Origin: a virus
IMG/VR virus record: IMGVR_UViG_3300025160_000003
Strand: one strand, 5' to 3'
DNA length: 46,738 bases
A program made the translations under genes and the position numbers. Below, piece after piece: positions 22,742-32,331 of this stretch. Position 1 is the first letter of the stretch; each line of letters begins with the position of its first letter. The notes under the pieces are model-generated. The model had not been told where the DNA came from. It saw only the letters and a list, made by a program, of their open reading frames with translations, and searched no databases.

Positions 22742-24213
22742 TGCCTGCTCCAACTAATATATCGGCAGCGACAGCAATAGTAATATCATCTCTGCCTTAT
22801 GCTAATTCCCAGCAAATACATGATACTGGAGTTACATATCCGGTTTGGTATAAGTATACTCCACCAGCTAATGCTAATTTAAGTTTGCTTGGATTTGGAA
22901 CTGATTTTAATGCTAATACAGATGTCTATTTAGATGATGCTGTAACTTTATATTTAGATTTAACTGGTGTTGCAGCAGATATAAACCGCCCTTATTCATT
23001 TCCAGTTGTTGGTGGTGAAACATATTATTTCTTATTTTATGCTAATAGTGGTGATCCAAATCCTGCTAATCTTGATGTTAGTTTAGAAGAATTAACAGCA
23101 GCATCATCAGCAGCAGGTTCATTTTTAGTTAATAATGAATTAGATAATGATTTTGAATTTCCATTAACAGTATTATCACCAACAGTTGATAATACTACAA
23201 CCAAGTTTGTCCAGCTTGGAAATATTGTTGGTGATGGAACTAGAGGTACTGATGGATTACCTCATGGTGAATATGGAATAATTTTTAATAATGGCAATTT
23301 CGTTTATGGTGATGAACAATATTTATTTCTAAAATACTATGATTTATTCTATAATGAAATAGCTGATATTCGTGATTATGAAACTAGTACTACATTACTA
23401 ATTTTAGGTATAAGTGCTGTTCTTCAACGTCTATACATAGCTCATAAAGTTGGTGGTAATCCATATAAACTTAATAGTCGTACTGATGCTGGAGTAAGTT
23501 TAACTGATTGGACATTAACAGGCGTTACGGTTATAAATAGATTAGCTGTTGATGATACCGAATCAATAATGTACTATACTCAAGGCGGCGCAAGTGCAAT
23601 TAAGCGATGGGATTTATTAACTAATGTAGCATTATCAGATTTAGTTGCTACTGATGCTAATTTTGATAGTTATGATTTATTAGTTCTCGAAGATGATACA
23701 ATTCTTATTTGTTTATTAGGTGCTGCTGGAACTCCAAGACAAGTTTTAGTTAGAAGATATAATACTGCTGGAACATTACTTAATGAATATGATTTTGGAA
23801 CTTTATGGAGAAGTGAACTTAATGTTCCACGAATTGGATTCTCATTTAGTTCAACCACATTTTGGATTTTACTTAAGCCTGAAGCTGATTATGGTTTGAG
23901 TTATTATCGACTAATTAGGCTAAGCGATGGCGTGCAATTAGATGAAGTAATACATACTAATTACTTAATAGGTAAATATCTTGGTGCAGCTTCAGCAACC
24001 CCTACTAGTGGATTTGGAGCAGAAAAGTCAGGACCATTACTTGTAACTCCATTAGCAGAAGATACAAGAAATCCTGGTTCTGGTTTATATATTTTAACAG
24101 GAACTAGTGTACCAGTTGCGCGTCATGATGAAATAGTTGATGAAAATGGCGCGTCATCAAATGTTATGATACCTAATCCATTTGCTGAGTTCGCGCAATT
24201 ACCAAAGATTTAG
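22741..24213 (+). CDS. tail-associated protein (490 aa)
   Basis: ORF track. ATGA-coupled to the previous gene. Confidence 0.4.
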   Translation: MPAPTNISAATAIVISSLPYANSQQIHDTGVTYPVWYKYTPPANANLSLLGFGTDFNANTDVYLDDAVTLYLDLTGVAADINRPYSFPVVGGETYYFLFYANSGDPNPANLDVSLEELTAASSAAGSFLVNNELDNDFEFPLTVLSPTVDNTTTKFVQLGNIVGDGTRGTDGLPHGEYGIIFNNGNFVYGDEQYLFLKYYDLFYNEIADIRDYETSTTLLILGISAVLQRLYIAHKVGGNPYKLNSRTDAGVSLTDWTLTGVTVINRLAVDDTESIMYYTQGGASAIKRWDLLTNVALSDLVATDANFDSYDLLVLEDDTILICLLGAAGTPRQVLVRRYNTAGTLLNEYDFGTLWRSELNVPRIGFSFSSTTFWILLKPEADYGLSYYRLIRLSDGVQLDEVIHTNYLIGKYLGAASATPTSGFGAEKSGPLLVTPLAEDTRNPGSGLYILTGTSVPVARHDEIVDENGASSNVMIPNPFAEFAQLPKI

Positions 24214-24215
24214 TT

Positions 24216-24497
24216 ATGGCTAACGAGCTTAATCATTATGCAGGTTACACAATAAGAGTAGTTGGTAGTGGAAACTTGCGCGTTACATTTAAAGGTTTAG
24301 ATAATATAGAAACTAGTGTTCTTACACCATTAGTTTTAGCTTCAACTAATAGACGTGAGCCAACTAAGTTAGCTAATTTTATTGCACAACGAATGGTATT
24401 AAGATTAGAAACAACAGCAATAGATGAATGGTTTAAGATAAATAATTTCACAGTTTGGATTAAACCAGTTTGGACTCAATATCCTGAAACAACGTAA
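24216..24497 (+). CDS. small tail-module protein (93 aa)
   Basis: ORF track. Tight coupling to its neighbours. Confidence 0.5.
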   Translation: MANELNHYAGYTIRVVGSGNLRVTFKGLDNIETSVLTPLVLASTNRREPTKLANFIAQRMVLRLETTAIDEWFKINNFTVWIKPVWTQYPETT

Positions 24498-24919
24498 TGG
24501 CTAATCAAATTGCGCGCCTTAAATCATCGCTTGCTAATAGTAAGATGCAGAAGGAAAATAATGCTCTGTATCAAACTGTATTAGGATTAATTAATAGTTT
24601 AGAAGCAACTGAGTTAAAAGCTAGTAGGGCAATAAGTTTATCTGGTTCTGGTGGTGGCAGTGGAAGTAATATTACATTAAGTGACTTATTTCCAGCTGCT
24701 ATGTTATTGATGGGTGGAGTTAATAGAAATAACTCATCATCTTCGTCGGCTAGTAGTGATCCATTTCCACAAATAATGATGTTAATGGGTGGTGGTAATA
24801 AAAATAATGATGAATCGATTGCTTCAGTTGATTACGTAGTTATGAGCGATGGAGTTGAACCACCTACGCCATTATCAGATGGATTCGGTAATTTCATTTA
24901 TATTCCATATAGTGTTTAG
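24497..24919 (+). CDS. tail-module protein (140 aa) with two F-x3-M-L/M-L-M-G-G repeats
   Basis: DLFPAAMLLMGG and DPFPQIMMLMGGG, separated by a Ser-rich linker. Confidence 0.5.
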   Translation: MANQIARLKSSLANSKMQKENNALYQTVLGLINSLEATELKASRAISLSGSGGGSGSNITLSDLFPAAMLLMGGVNRNNSSSSSASSDPFPQIMMLMGGGNKNNDESIASVDYVVMSDGVEPPTPLSDGFGNFIYIPYSV

Positions 24920-24921
24920 TT

Positions 24922-25146
24922 ATGAGTGATACTGCGATTAATCAAGTAATTCAATATGGAACTGCTGCTGCTCGTGCTGCGTATACTCCAAATCCAGCAG
25001 TAAGTAGTCAAGTTTTATATCTTTGGTATGAAACTGATAACGTACCAGATACTTATGCTTGGAATGGTAGCGCGTGGGTACAAATAAATTCTGGTGCTGG
25101 TGCAGGTGATTTATTTTTAGGTGGAATGTTATTAGGTGGAATGTAA
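24922..25146 (+). CDS. small tail-module protein (74 aa) ending in the same MLLGGM motif
   Basis: C-terminus GDLFLGGMLLGGM. Confidence 0.5.
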   Translation: MSDTAINQVIQYGTAAARAAYTPNPAVSSQVLYLWYETDNVPDTYAWNGSAWVQINSGAGAGDLFLGGMLLGGM

Positions 25147-25476
25147 ATGGCTAATTCATATCAAGTTCTTGGACAATCGAATCCATTAGCAGCAACATTA
25201 ACTACTTTATATACTGTTCCTGCTGCTACTCAAGCAATTGTTAGTAGTATTGTAGTTGCTAATAGAAGTGCTACACCTACTACATTTCGTATTGCATTAA
25301 GACCTGCGGGTGCAGCAGCTTCTAATGAACATTATATTGCTTATGATGTTGCAATTGGGGCTAATGAAGTTATTACATTTACATTAGGTATTGGATTAGA
25401 AACAACGGACGTTATAAGTGTTTATGCTACATTAGCAACAGTTAGCTTTAATGCTGTTGGTGTGGAGATTGCATAA
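25147..25476 (+). CDS. small Thr/Ala/Val-rich beta-type protein (109 aa)
   Basis: ORF track. Coupled to its neighbours. Confidence 0.5.
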   Translation: MANSYQVLGQSNPLAATLTTLYTVPAATQAIVSSIVVANRSATPTTFRIALRPAGAAASNEHYIAYDVAIGANEVITFTLGIGLETTDVISVYATLATVSFNAVGVEIA

Positions 25477-26147
25477 TGGTAAAAACTATTCCGGGAAAAT
25501 CCGGACCTGTTTCTATTTCATTATTAACATCTGGAACTGCTGCTACATATACGGTACCTAATGGTATTTTTAGATTAAAAGTTAGATTAGTTGGCGGTGG
25601 TGGCGGTGGCGGTGGTGCTGATAGCGCAGTAGGAAATGTAGGTGTAGGTGGTGGTGGTTATAGTGGTGGATATGCGGAAAAAATATATGTTACAACTCCA
25701 GGCGCAACATTTACATATACAATTGGTGCAGGTGGCGCAGGCGGATTAGCAGGAAATAATAGTGGTACAACTGGTGGTAATACTTTATTTGATGAAGCTG
25801 GTTCTGTTGTAACTGCCCCTGGCGGTCCCGGTGGTGGAAGTATGGCTGCTGGTACTACTATGAACGCTACAGGTAAACCAGCACGTGTACAAGCAACTGG
25901 TGGTGATTTAAATTTATTTACTGAAGGTGCAACAAGAGGTTGGAGATTAAGTTCTACACAATGGATTGGTAGTTGTGGTGCATCTGGATTATTAGGTAAT
26001 GGTGGTGGTGATGGTTTTAATGCTGATGGTGTAGCAGCAGAAGGTTATGGTGCAGGAGGTGGTGGTGGACAAAGAGTAAATAGTGCAACAGATCAAGCAG
26101 GCGGCGCAGGAACTATTGGATTAATTATTGTTGAAGAATATAATTAA
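25476..26147 (+). CDS. glycine-rich fibre-like protein (223 aa)
   Basis: VRLVGGGGGGGGADS...GGGGYSGG...GAGGGGG. Resembles glycine-rich-domain phage tail proteins. Confidence 0.45.
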   Translation: MVKTIPGKSGPVSISLLTSGTAATYTVPNGIFRLKVRLVGGGGGGGGADSAVGNVGVGGGGYSGGYAEKIYVTTPGATFTYTIGAGGAGGLAGNNSGTTGGNTLFDEAGSVVTAPGGPGGGSMAAGTTMNATGKPARVQATGGDLNLFTEGATRGWRLSSTQWIGSCGASGLLGNGGGDGFNADGVAAEGYGAGGGGGQRVNSATDQAGGAGTIGLIIVEEYN

Positions 26148-26148
26148 A

Positions 26149-26472
26149 ATGACTCTAAGACAAAAGCAATCTCAATTCGTTAAACTTATCTGCTTGTTAA
26201 TTGTTAAAGCAGAAGAATTGGGATATGAATTAACATTTGGTGATGCTCATAGATCAATCGAAGAAGCAACTAGGTTAGGTAAAAAGAATTCAGTTCATAC
26301 AATAAGATTAGCTGTTGATTTTAATTTGTTTAAAGACGGCGTTTATTTATCATCTACTAAATCACATGAACCATTAGGATTATATTGGGAATCGTTATCA
26401 CCTATTTGTAGATGGGGTGGTAGATTTGGTGATGGTAATCATTATAGTTTTGAACATAATGGCGTAAAATGA
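26149..26472 (+). CDS. endolysin, M15-family zinc peptidase (L-alanyl-D-glutamate / VanY-like)
   Basis: ORF track trimmed to the ATG at 26149. Motifs GDAHRS, SVHTIRLAVD, RWGGRFGDGNHYSF (H-x6-D ... H). Confidence 0.72.
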   Translation: MTLRQKQSQFVKLICLLIVKAEELGYELTFGDAHRSIEEATRLGKKNSVHTIRLAVDFNLFKDGVYLSSTKSHEPLGLYWESLSPICRWGGRFGDGNHYSFEHNGVK

Positions 26473-26846
26473 TAATTCGAGAATTTGAAGAACGTGATTT
26501 AGATGAATTGAAACGAATTCATAAAGAATTTTTTGAAAATGAATTCCCTATTGAAAATTTTACTGATCTAATCGAACGTGCATTTGTAGTAGAAAAACAT
26601 GATAAGATAATTGCAATAGGTGGTATAAAAACTCTAGCAGAAGCAATATTAGTTACCGATTTAAGTGTTAATGAATTTACTCGCGTAAAAGCTCTTAAGC
26701 AAGCTCTAAACATTTTTGGTTATATAGCGCGCCGAACAGGTCATGATTCAATTCATGTCTTTATTCAAGATGATCAATGGCGCAATCATCTTATGAGTGA
26801 AGGATTTAAGATTTGTAAAGGAACTCCATTAATTTTGGAGATTTGA
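26469..26846 (+). CDS. GNAT-like acetyltransferase-fold protein (125 aa)
   Basis: IREFEERDLDEL...VVEKHDKIIAIGGI...AILVTDLSV...GFKI follows the GNAT strand/helix pattern. The acetyl-CoA loop is not canonical. Confidence 0.45.
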   Translation: MIIREFEERDLDELKRIHKEFFENEFPIENFTDLIERAFVVEKHDKIIAIGGIKTLAEAILVTDLSVNEFTRVKALKQALNIFGYIARRTGHDSIHVFIQDDQWRNHLMSEGFKICKGTPLILEI

Positions 26847-26849
26847 ATT

Positions 26850-28181
26850 ATGGCAAAAGGTGATAGACAGCGCGCCACTCAAGACCAAGCTACTTTAGAT
26901 AAAAGACTTGGACTTGATACATCTAATTATCAAGATAGTCTAACACGAAATCTATCATCTTATGATGATATAATGAATTCGTATAAAAACTATTTTGGTG
27001 GTGATAGGTCTGGTAGTAATTACTTAACTTCTGCCGGCGAAGGTTATGGTAAATTTGCTGCCGATGGTGGTATAAATGTAGAAAATATTAGAGCGCGCGC
27101 TATTAGTCCAATTCGCGCGGTCTATGCTAACGCGCAACGTAATGTAGATAGACAAAGAACATTACAAGGTGGTTATAGTCCTAATTATACAGCTGCTATG
27201 ACCAAAATGGCACGCGAGCAAGGTGCTAATGTAGCTGATGCTAATACTAATGTTGAAGCAGCAATAGCAGAATTAATTTCAAGAAATAAACTTGCTGGCT
27301 TATCTGGTATGACTGGTGTTGGTGAATCTATGTCAAACCAAGATTTAAATGCTTTATCTGGTATGACTAGTTTATATGGAACTTCACCAGGATTAACTAG
27401 AACATTAGGAGATCAAATATTACAAGCAGAAGCAATACGACGTGGTATTTATAACATGCCTAGTACTGGTGAGCAAGTTATGAATAATGTAGGACGTGGT
27501 ATTGGTTATGCATCTCAAGGCGCGCAAGCTGCTAATGCATTTGGTAAATTTGGTGGTGCTGCTGGTGCAGGAGCAGGTGCAAGTGCAGGTTTAGTTTCTG
27601 GTACTGGTGCAGCAGGTTCATTAGTTCCGGGTGCTACAACATTAGGTGGTATTAGTGGAACTGGTGCAGGTGCAACATCTATAGGTGCAGGATTTAGTGC
27701 TGGTGTTCCAATTGCAGATATAGCAGCTACAGGTGCAGGTACTAGTATTGGTACTGGTGTAGGTACAGCAGCAGGTACAGGAACTAGTGCAGGTATGATG
27801 GCAGGTTTAGGTACAAGTGCAGGTGCATCATTAGCAATGGGCGGAATAATGGGAGGTGTAGCTGCTGCAATAATTATAGCTGCTGATGCCTATGCAAGAA
27901 ATAGAAATGATACAAGAATAGGTAGAGAGAAATTTGCTAAACAATTAGGATTACCCAATATTGATGCTTTATATAACCAATTAGGATCTATGGGTCCAGA
28001 AGGTGAAGCATTAAGAATAGAAGGTATGCGGATGGGTAAAAAGGATTATACTAATAACTTTAACTGGTTCCAGAAAGTTGCTAAGTTATTACAACGTCCT
28101 GACTTAATTAGTAATATAAATAATCCTGGTACTGGACCACAAATATTTACACCGCAGGATAGAAAGACTGTTGGGTTATAA
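26850..28181 (+). CDS. internal virion / ejection-type protein (443 aa) with a Gly/Ala/Thr/Ser-rich region of about 110 aa
   Basis: Position in a three-gene block at the end of the structural arm. GGAAGAGAGASAG...GGIMGGVAAAIIIAADA. Confidence 0.4.
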   Translation: MAKGDRQRATQDQATLDKRLGLDTSNYQDSLTRNLSSYDDIMNSYKNYFGGDRSGSNYLTSAGEGYGKFAADGGINVENIRARAISPIRAVYANAQRNVDRQRTLQGGYSPNYTAAMTKMAREQGANVADANTNVEAAIAELISRNKLAGLSGMTGVGESMSNQDLNALSGMTSLYGTSPGLTRTLGDQILQAEAIRRGIYNMPSTGEQVMNNVGRGIGYASQGAQAANAFGKFGGAAGAGAGASAGLVSGTGAAGSLVPGATTLGGISGTGAGATSIGAGFSAGVPIADIAATGAGTSIGTGVGTAAGTGTSAGMMAGLGTSAGASLAMGGIMGGVAAAIIIAADAYARNRNDTRIGREKFAKQLGLPNIDALYNQLGSMGPEGEALRIEGMRMGKKDYTNNFNWFQKVAKLLQRPDLISNINNPGTGPQIFTPQDRKTVGL

Positions 28182-28183
28182 CA

Positions 28184-29380
28184 ATGCCAATTAACTTTCC
28201 TGACATACAACAATTATTAAGGCTCAAGAGAATATTTGACCCTGAAAATAATCCTGGTGGTCCATATTGGAATCCTGCGCGTGAAGGTGTAGATGAAGTA
28301 GAGAATGATATATTTCCAGTTGGTCAATCTAATAATCAACCTATGTTAGATAGAAGTATGTCTGACATGCCAACTTTTTCTACTCCAGCTAATGATGAAT
28401 TTAATAGATTTATAGGTGAATTTCCACAAAGAGAACAACCTGGTAAATTACGTAGAGTTGGCGCGTTTGTAGCTGCATTAGGTAGTAATAATCCAATGCA
28501 GACAGTTGATGATTATTTGAACTTTAATTATAATCAAAAACTTTCTGATTGGAGACAGCGCGCACCATTCTTACAAAATGCAGCTAATTTAGAACGTCAA
28601 TCTAATACTGCTTTATCTAGTCAAGCGATGGCTGATAGAAGATTAGATGAAACAGAAAGAAGAAATCTAGTTTTACAACAGCAAAAAGATAGAGATTTAA
28701 CAAGATTAGAAGAAAAAGATAAAGCTACGTTAGATTTAAATAATAGAAAGTTAGCTCTTGCGCGATTTAAAGCTGAAAATAAAGACTATATTTTAAAGAC
28801 CCGTTTAGATGGAATGATTGTTGGTATTAATCCACAAGATCCATCTAAAACTGTTGAAACTAAAGTTATGTCCAATGAACTTAGTGATATGGAAAAAATC
28901 ACTTATGGACTTGATGCTGATTTACAAAAGATTCAAGCATCTGGTAATGTTCAATCTGGGTTAATAGAACAACGTGGTGAAGTTGAACGTGATCTAATTG
29001 GTGCTCGTGGAGAAGAAACTAGAAAAAATATAGCTACTCCTAGACCACCTAGAGCATCTACAACAGCAGGTGAAACAGAACAAGCAAGAAAAGTTCGTTT
29101 GTTTAATAAAGCTCAAGAAGCAGCTAATACACATCCCGAATGGAAGAAGTATATAAAACTTCAAACTAGTAATAATTTTTCTATTACGCCACCTGGTAAT
29201 TTTATGGGAGTTGGACCAGCAACAGGACCAACTAAATCAGATTATGATAAAATTAATAACTTTATTTATGGAACTACATCTAGAACTGGTGGAACAACTA
29301 ATGTTAATACCGATAAAAAATACATACCTGATGCAAATGGAGTAATGGTTCTAAATCCTAATTATAAAGGAGGTAAATAA
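28184..29380 (+). CDS. internal virion / ejection-type protein (398 aa)
   Basis: Synteny only. Coiled-coil central region. Confidence 0.4.
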   Translation: MPINFPDIQQLLRLKRIFDPENNPGGPYWNPAREGVDEVENDIFPVGQSNNQPMLDRSMSDMPTFSTPANDEFNRFIGEFPQREQPGKLRRVGAFVAALGSNNPMQTVDDYLNFNYNQKLSDWRQRAPFLQNAANLERQSNTALSSQAMADRRLDETERRNLVLQQQKDRDLTRLEEKDKATLDLNNRKLALARFKAENKDYILKTRLDGMIVGINPQDPSKTVETKVMSNELSDMEKITYGLDADLQKIQASGNVQSGLIEQRGEVERDLIGARGEETRKNIATPRPPRASTTAGETEQARKVRLFNKAQEAANTHPEWKKYIKLQTSNNFSITPPGNFMGVGPATGPTKSDYDKINNFIYGTTSRTGGTTNVNTDKKYIPDANGVMVLNPNYKGGK

Positions 29381-32331
29381 TGGCTCAAGATGTTAAATTA
29401 AAACATCCTAAAACTGGTGCTGTTGTTACCTTTAAATGGGATAAACCAACTCCACCAACTGACACTGATTTGGATGAAATGTATGCTTCATTAGAAGATT
29501 TAGATATTCCTGCGATTGAAACTAAACCTGAATTACCTCAAGCTAGTCAAGGATTTTTATCTAGATTTATACCTCAAGTTAAAGGATTAGGTGAATTTGC
29601 TGGTAGAACTTTAGCTGCTGGATTAATTGGTCCAAACGCGCAAGTTCAAATGGGCCGAGAAATGATTGAGCAACCATATAACGAATTAACTGATACTAAT
29701 AAATCATTACCTACTAGATTAGTTCGCGCAGGTAGTACATTAATCGGTGCTAATCCTGATCAAATATCTGAAGATTGGCAAGCTGGTAATATCCCTGCAT
29801 TATTAGGTGATGTTGCTTTACCTGCTGCAATGTTGGCTGGACCCAAATTATTAAAAGGTAGAACTCCATTAAAATCAAAAGGTACTTTAAATATACCAGA
29901 AGTTTTACCTGCTGAAACTCCAATTCCTACTGGTACTAGAATGTTAAATGCGCCATCTCAACCGCGTGCATTATTACCAGCAATAGGAGAAACGTCTCAA
30001 CCTGCTAGATTTATATCTGGAAAAGCTGGTATTGCAGATGTTACAAATCAGCATTTAATTGATTTAACTGACCAAGCTAAAGTTAGAAAACCTGGAACTT
30101 TATTACCAGAAGAAAAAGGACAACTGGTTGATATTGGACCAGAATTAGCTGCTGAAAGAACTATATTTGCTCCTAAAGATCCAGCATTATTAGACCCAGC
30201 TTTTGAAGCGTTAGTACCTAATAGATATAAAAAAGATTTATTTTCTCCTGATAAGTCTAATATTACTTTACCAAAGCCAAAAGAATTTGATATTAAATTA
30301 GCACAACCAGAAGGTGGTGCAATTTTAGAAAAACCAACTAGGCCATTTTCAACTCAATTTCCGGGTGAAACTAAATTAGAATCATTAGGTAACGTAATAA
30401 AACAAGATGCTTCGAAAATAGTCGACAAAACTGGATTATCACCTAAAGTTATAAATGAGGGATTAAAAGTAAATCCTGAAGTTCAAAAAGTAATTTATGA
30501 TTATGCAAGAGAAAATGATAAGTTAGGCCCATTATCATTTGCTGGAACTAGATTAAAAGCAATGGGTGATGCAGGAATTGAACTATTTAGAAAAGGTGCG
30601 CGCTTTACTCAACAAGAAAGATTTAATTTAAAAGATTGGGCTGAACCTTATCGTAATGCAATTCTTAGAATTACTACTCCAGAACGTGCTAATTTTGGTA
30701 GATATGTAGAAGGTGAATTACCAATTCCAAATGATCGTGTTGCTAGTGCTATTGCTGAATGGAAACGCGCAGAACAATTAGCAGGTAACGCAGCAGAACA
30801 ATCTGGAATGATGATTGAAACTGCATCCGGTAAGAAAATTCCATTTAAGAAAATTGAACAAGGTTATTGGCCCCGTAGATTAAAGCAAGAAACATTAGAA
30901 CAATTACCTACTAAAATAGATCAGATGGTAAAGGAAGGTTTAACGCGTAAAGAAGCAGAACGTATAATTACTAATGCTCGTAAATATGGTGAGCTAATTC
31001 TTCCACAACAACATTCACGTCTTGGTAAGTTATTTGAATATGAGACTGATGCTAAGTCAGGATTAGTTCATCTTGAATCAATGGCTAAATCTGTAGCACG
31101 TACTAAAGAATTTGGTAGGTTAGATTTAGCTGGTAAAGGTGAATTTGGTATTGCTGATTTAATTGAGCAAACGTCTAATCCTGAATTATCTCATAGTATA
31201 ATGAAACGTGTTATTGGTAGAGATGAAAAAATAGCCAAATCATTAGATCAATCAGTTCGTGTTGCGCGTACAGCAGTATCATGGTTAAGATTACAGAATT
31301 ATGGTATTAGTTCTATTATTGGTAATCAGCTTCCTAATATGTTAAGAGGTAATGCTAGACAATATATTAAATCATTAGGAAATTTTATTGGAAAGAATAG
31401 AGCTATAACTGATCAATCTGCTGCATTAATTGATATAAGTCATGGTGTGTTTGAACAAACGCGCAAACTTAATCCAATGAAAGTTTATGGTGGTCAACTA
31501 GCAGAAAATATTGTACGTGGTCAAGCAGCAGGAATAGGTGAAGGTTTAGCTAAAAGTTATTTTAGAGAACTTAAGAAGAACCCTAACAATTGGCAAGCAA
31601 AGAAAGAACTATTTAACTTAATACTTGAAGATGTTAATACTGTTATTAAACAAAGGGAATTAACATCTGATCAAATTCGTATGGCTGCTGGCAGAAATGC
31701 AGAAATTAGTCAAGGATTAACTGCACCATTAAATATTCCACTTTTTGCTAGTGAACCAGTTTCAGGATTTGGTACTGCATTAGGACAAATGAGTTTAATC
31801 TTTAAAAAACAAGCTGCAATTCAGAGCAAGATGATTAAAGATTCGATGAAAAAGAATCCTGTTAAAACTACTGCGTTACTTATTGGATTTAGTCAAATTG
31901 CTGGTGGTATAACTGGTGGAATTAAATCTTCTATTATCGGAACTACTAGAGGTGTTATTGGTAATAGAGATATTGGTGAAGCTATTGAACAGGAATATGA
32001 GCATCGCGCTGATTATGTAGGTAGATTTACTGGTAGTGATAATGAGTTGTTAAATCGTTCTATAGATCGCGCACTTCAAAGTTGGGCATTTGGATTAGCA
32101 TCTGATATGCTTTATTTGGCATTAGATAAAAATGCATGGACAGAATTTGTTGCTGGTCCAGTCGTTGGTGGTATAGGTGATATTGCTGGTAATGTTGCTA
32201 ATCCTACTCAGTTAGGTAGAGAATCATTACGTATGTTACCTATTCCTGGTGGTGTAGGTACTGGTGCGCAAAGAGAATTATTACCAACACAAGCACAACA
32301 ACCAAGTGGTCAAATTAGGCCGATTAGATAA
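29380..32331 (+). CDS. large internal virion / ejection-type protein (983 aa)
   Basis: Largest structural ORF, last gene of the arm, as in podoviruses with gp16-like proteins. Call is by synteny only. Confidence 0.45.
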   Translation: MAQDVKLKHPKTGAVVTFKWDKPTPPTDTDLDEMYASLEDLDIPAIETKPELPQASQGFLSRFIPQVKGLGEFAGRTLAAGLIGPNAQVQMGREMIEQPYNELTDTNKSLPTRLVRAGSTLIGANPDQISEDWQAGNIPALLGDVALPAAMLAGPKLLKGRTPLKSKGTLNIPEVLPAETPIPTGTRMLNAPSQPRALLPAIGETSQPARFISGKAGIADVTNQHLIDLTDQAKVRKPGTLLPEEKGQLVDIGPELAAERTIFAPKDPALLDPAFEALVPNRYKKDLFSPDKSNITLPKPKEFDIKLAQPEGGAILEKPTRPFSTQFPGETKLESLGNVIKQDASKIVDKTGLSPKVINEGLKVNPEVQKVIYDYARENDKLGPLSFAGTRLKAMGDAGIELFRKGARFTQQERFNLKDWAEPYRNAILRITTPERANFGRYVEGELPIPNDRVASAIAEWKRAEQLAGNAAEQSGMMIETASGKKIPFKKIEQGYWPRRLKQETLEQLPTKIDQMVKEGLTRKEAERIITNARKYGELILPQQHSRLGKLFEYETDAKSGLVHLESMAKSVARTKEFGRLDLAGKGEFGIADLIEQTSNPELSHSIMKRVIGRDEKIAKSLDQSVRVARTAVSWLRLQNYGISSIIGNQLPNMLRGNARQYIKSLGNFIGKNRAITDQSAALIDISHGVFEQTRKLNPMKVYGGQLAENIVRGQAAGIGEGLAKSYFRELKKNPNNWQAKKELFNLILEDVNTVIKQRELTSDQIRMAAGRNAEISQGLTAPLNIPLFASEPVSGFGTALGQMSLIFKKQAAIQSKMIKDSMKKNPVKTTALLIGFSQIAGGITGGIKSSIIGTTRGVIGNRDIGEAIEQEYEHRADYVGRFTGSDNELLNRSIDRALQSWAFGLASDMLYLALDKNAWTEFVAGPVVGGIGDIAGNVANPTQLGRESLRMLPIPGGVGTGAQRELLPTQAQQPSGQIRPIR

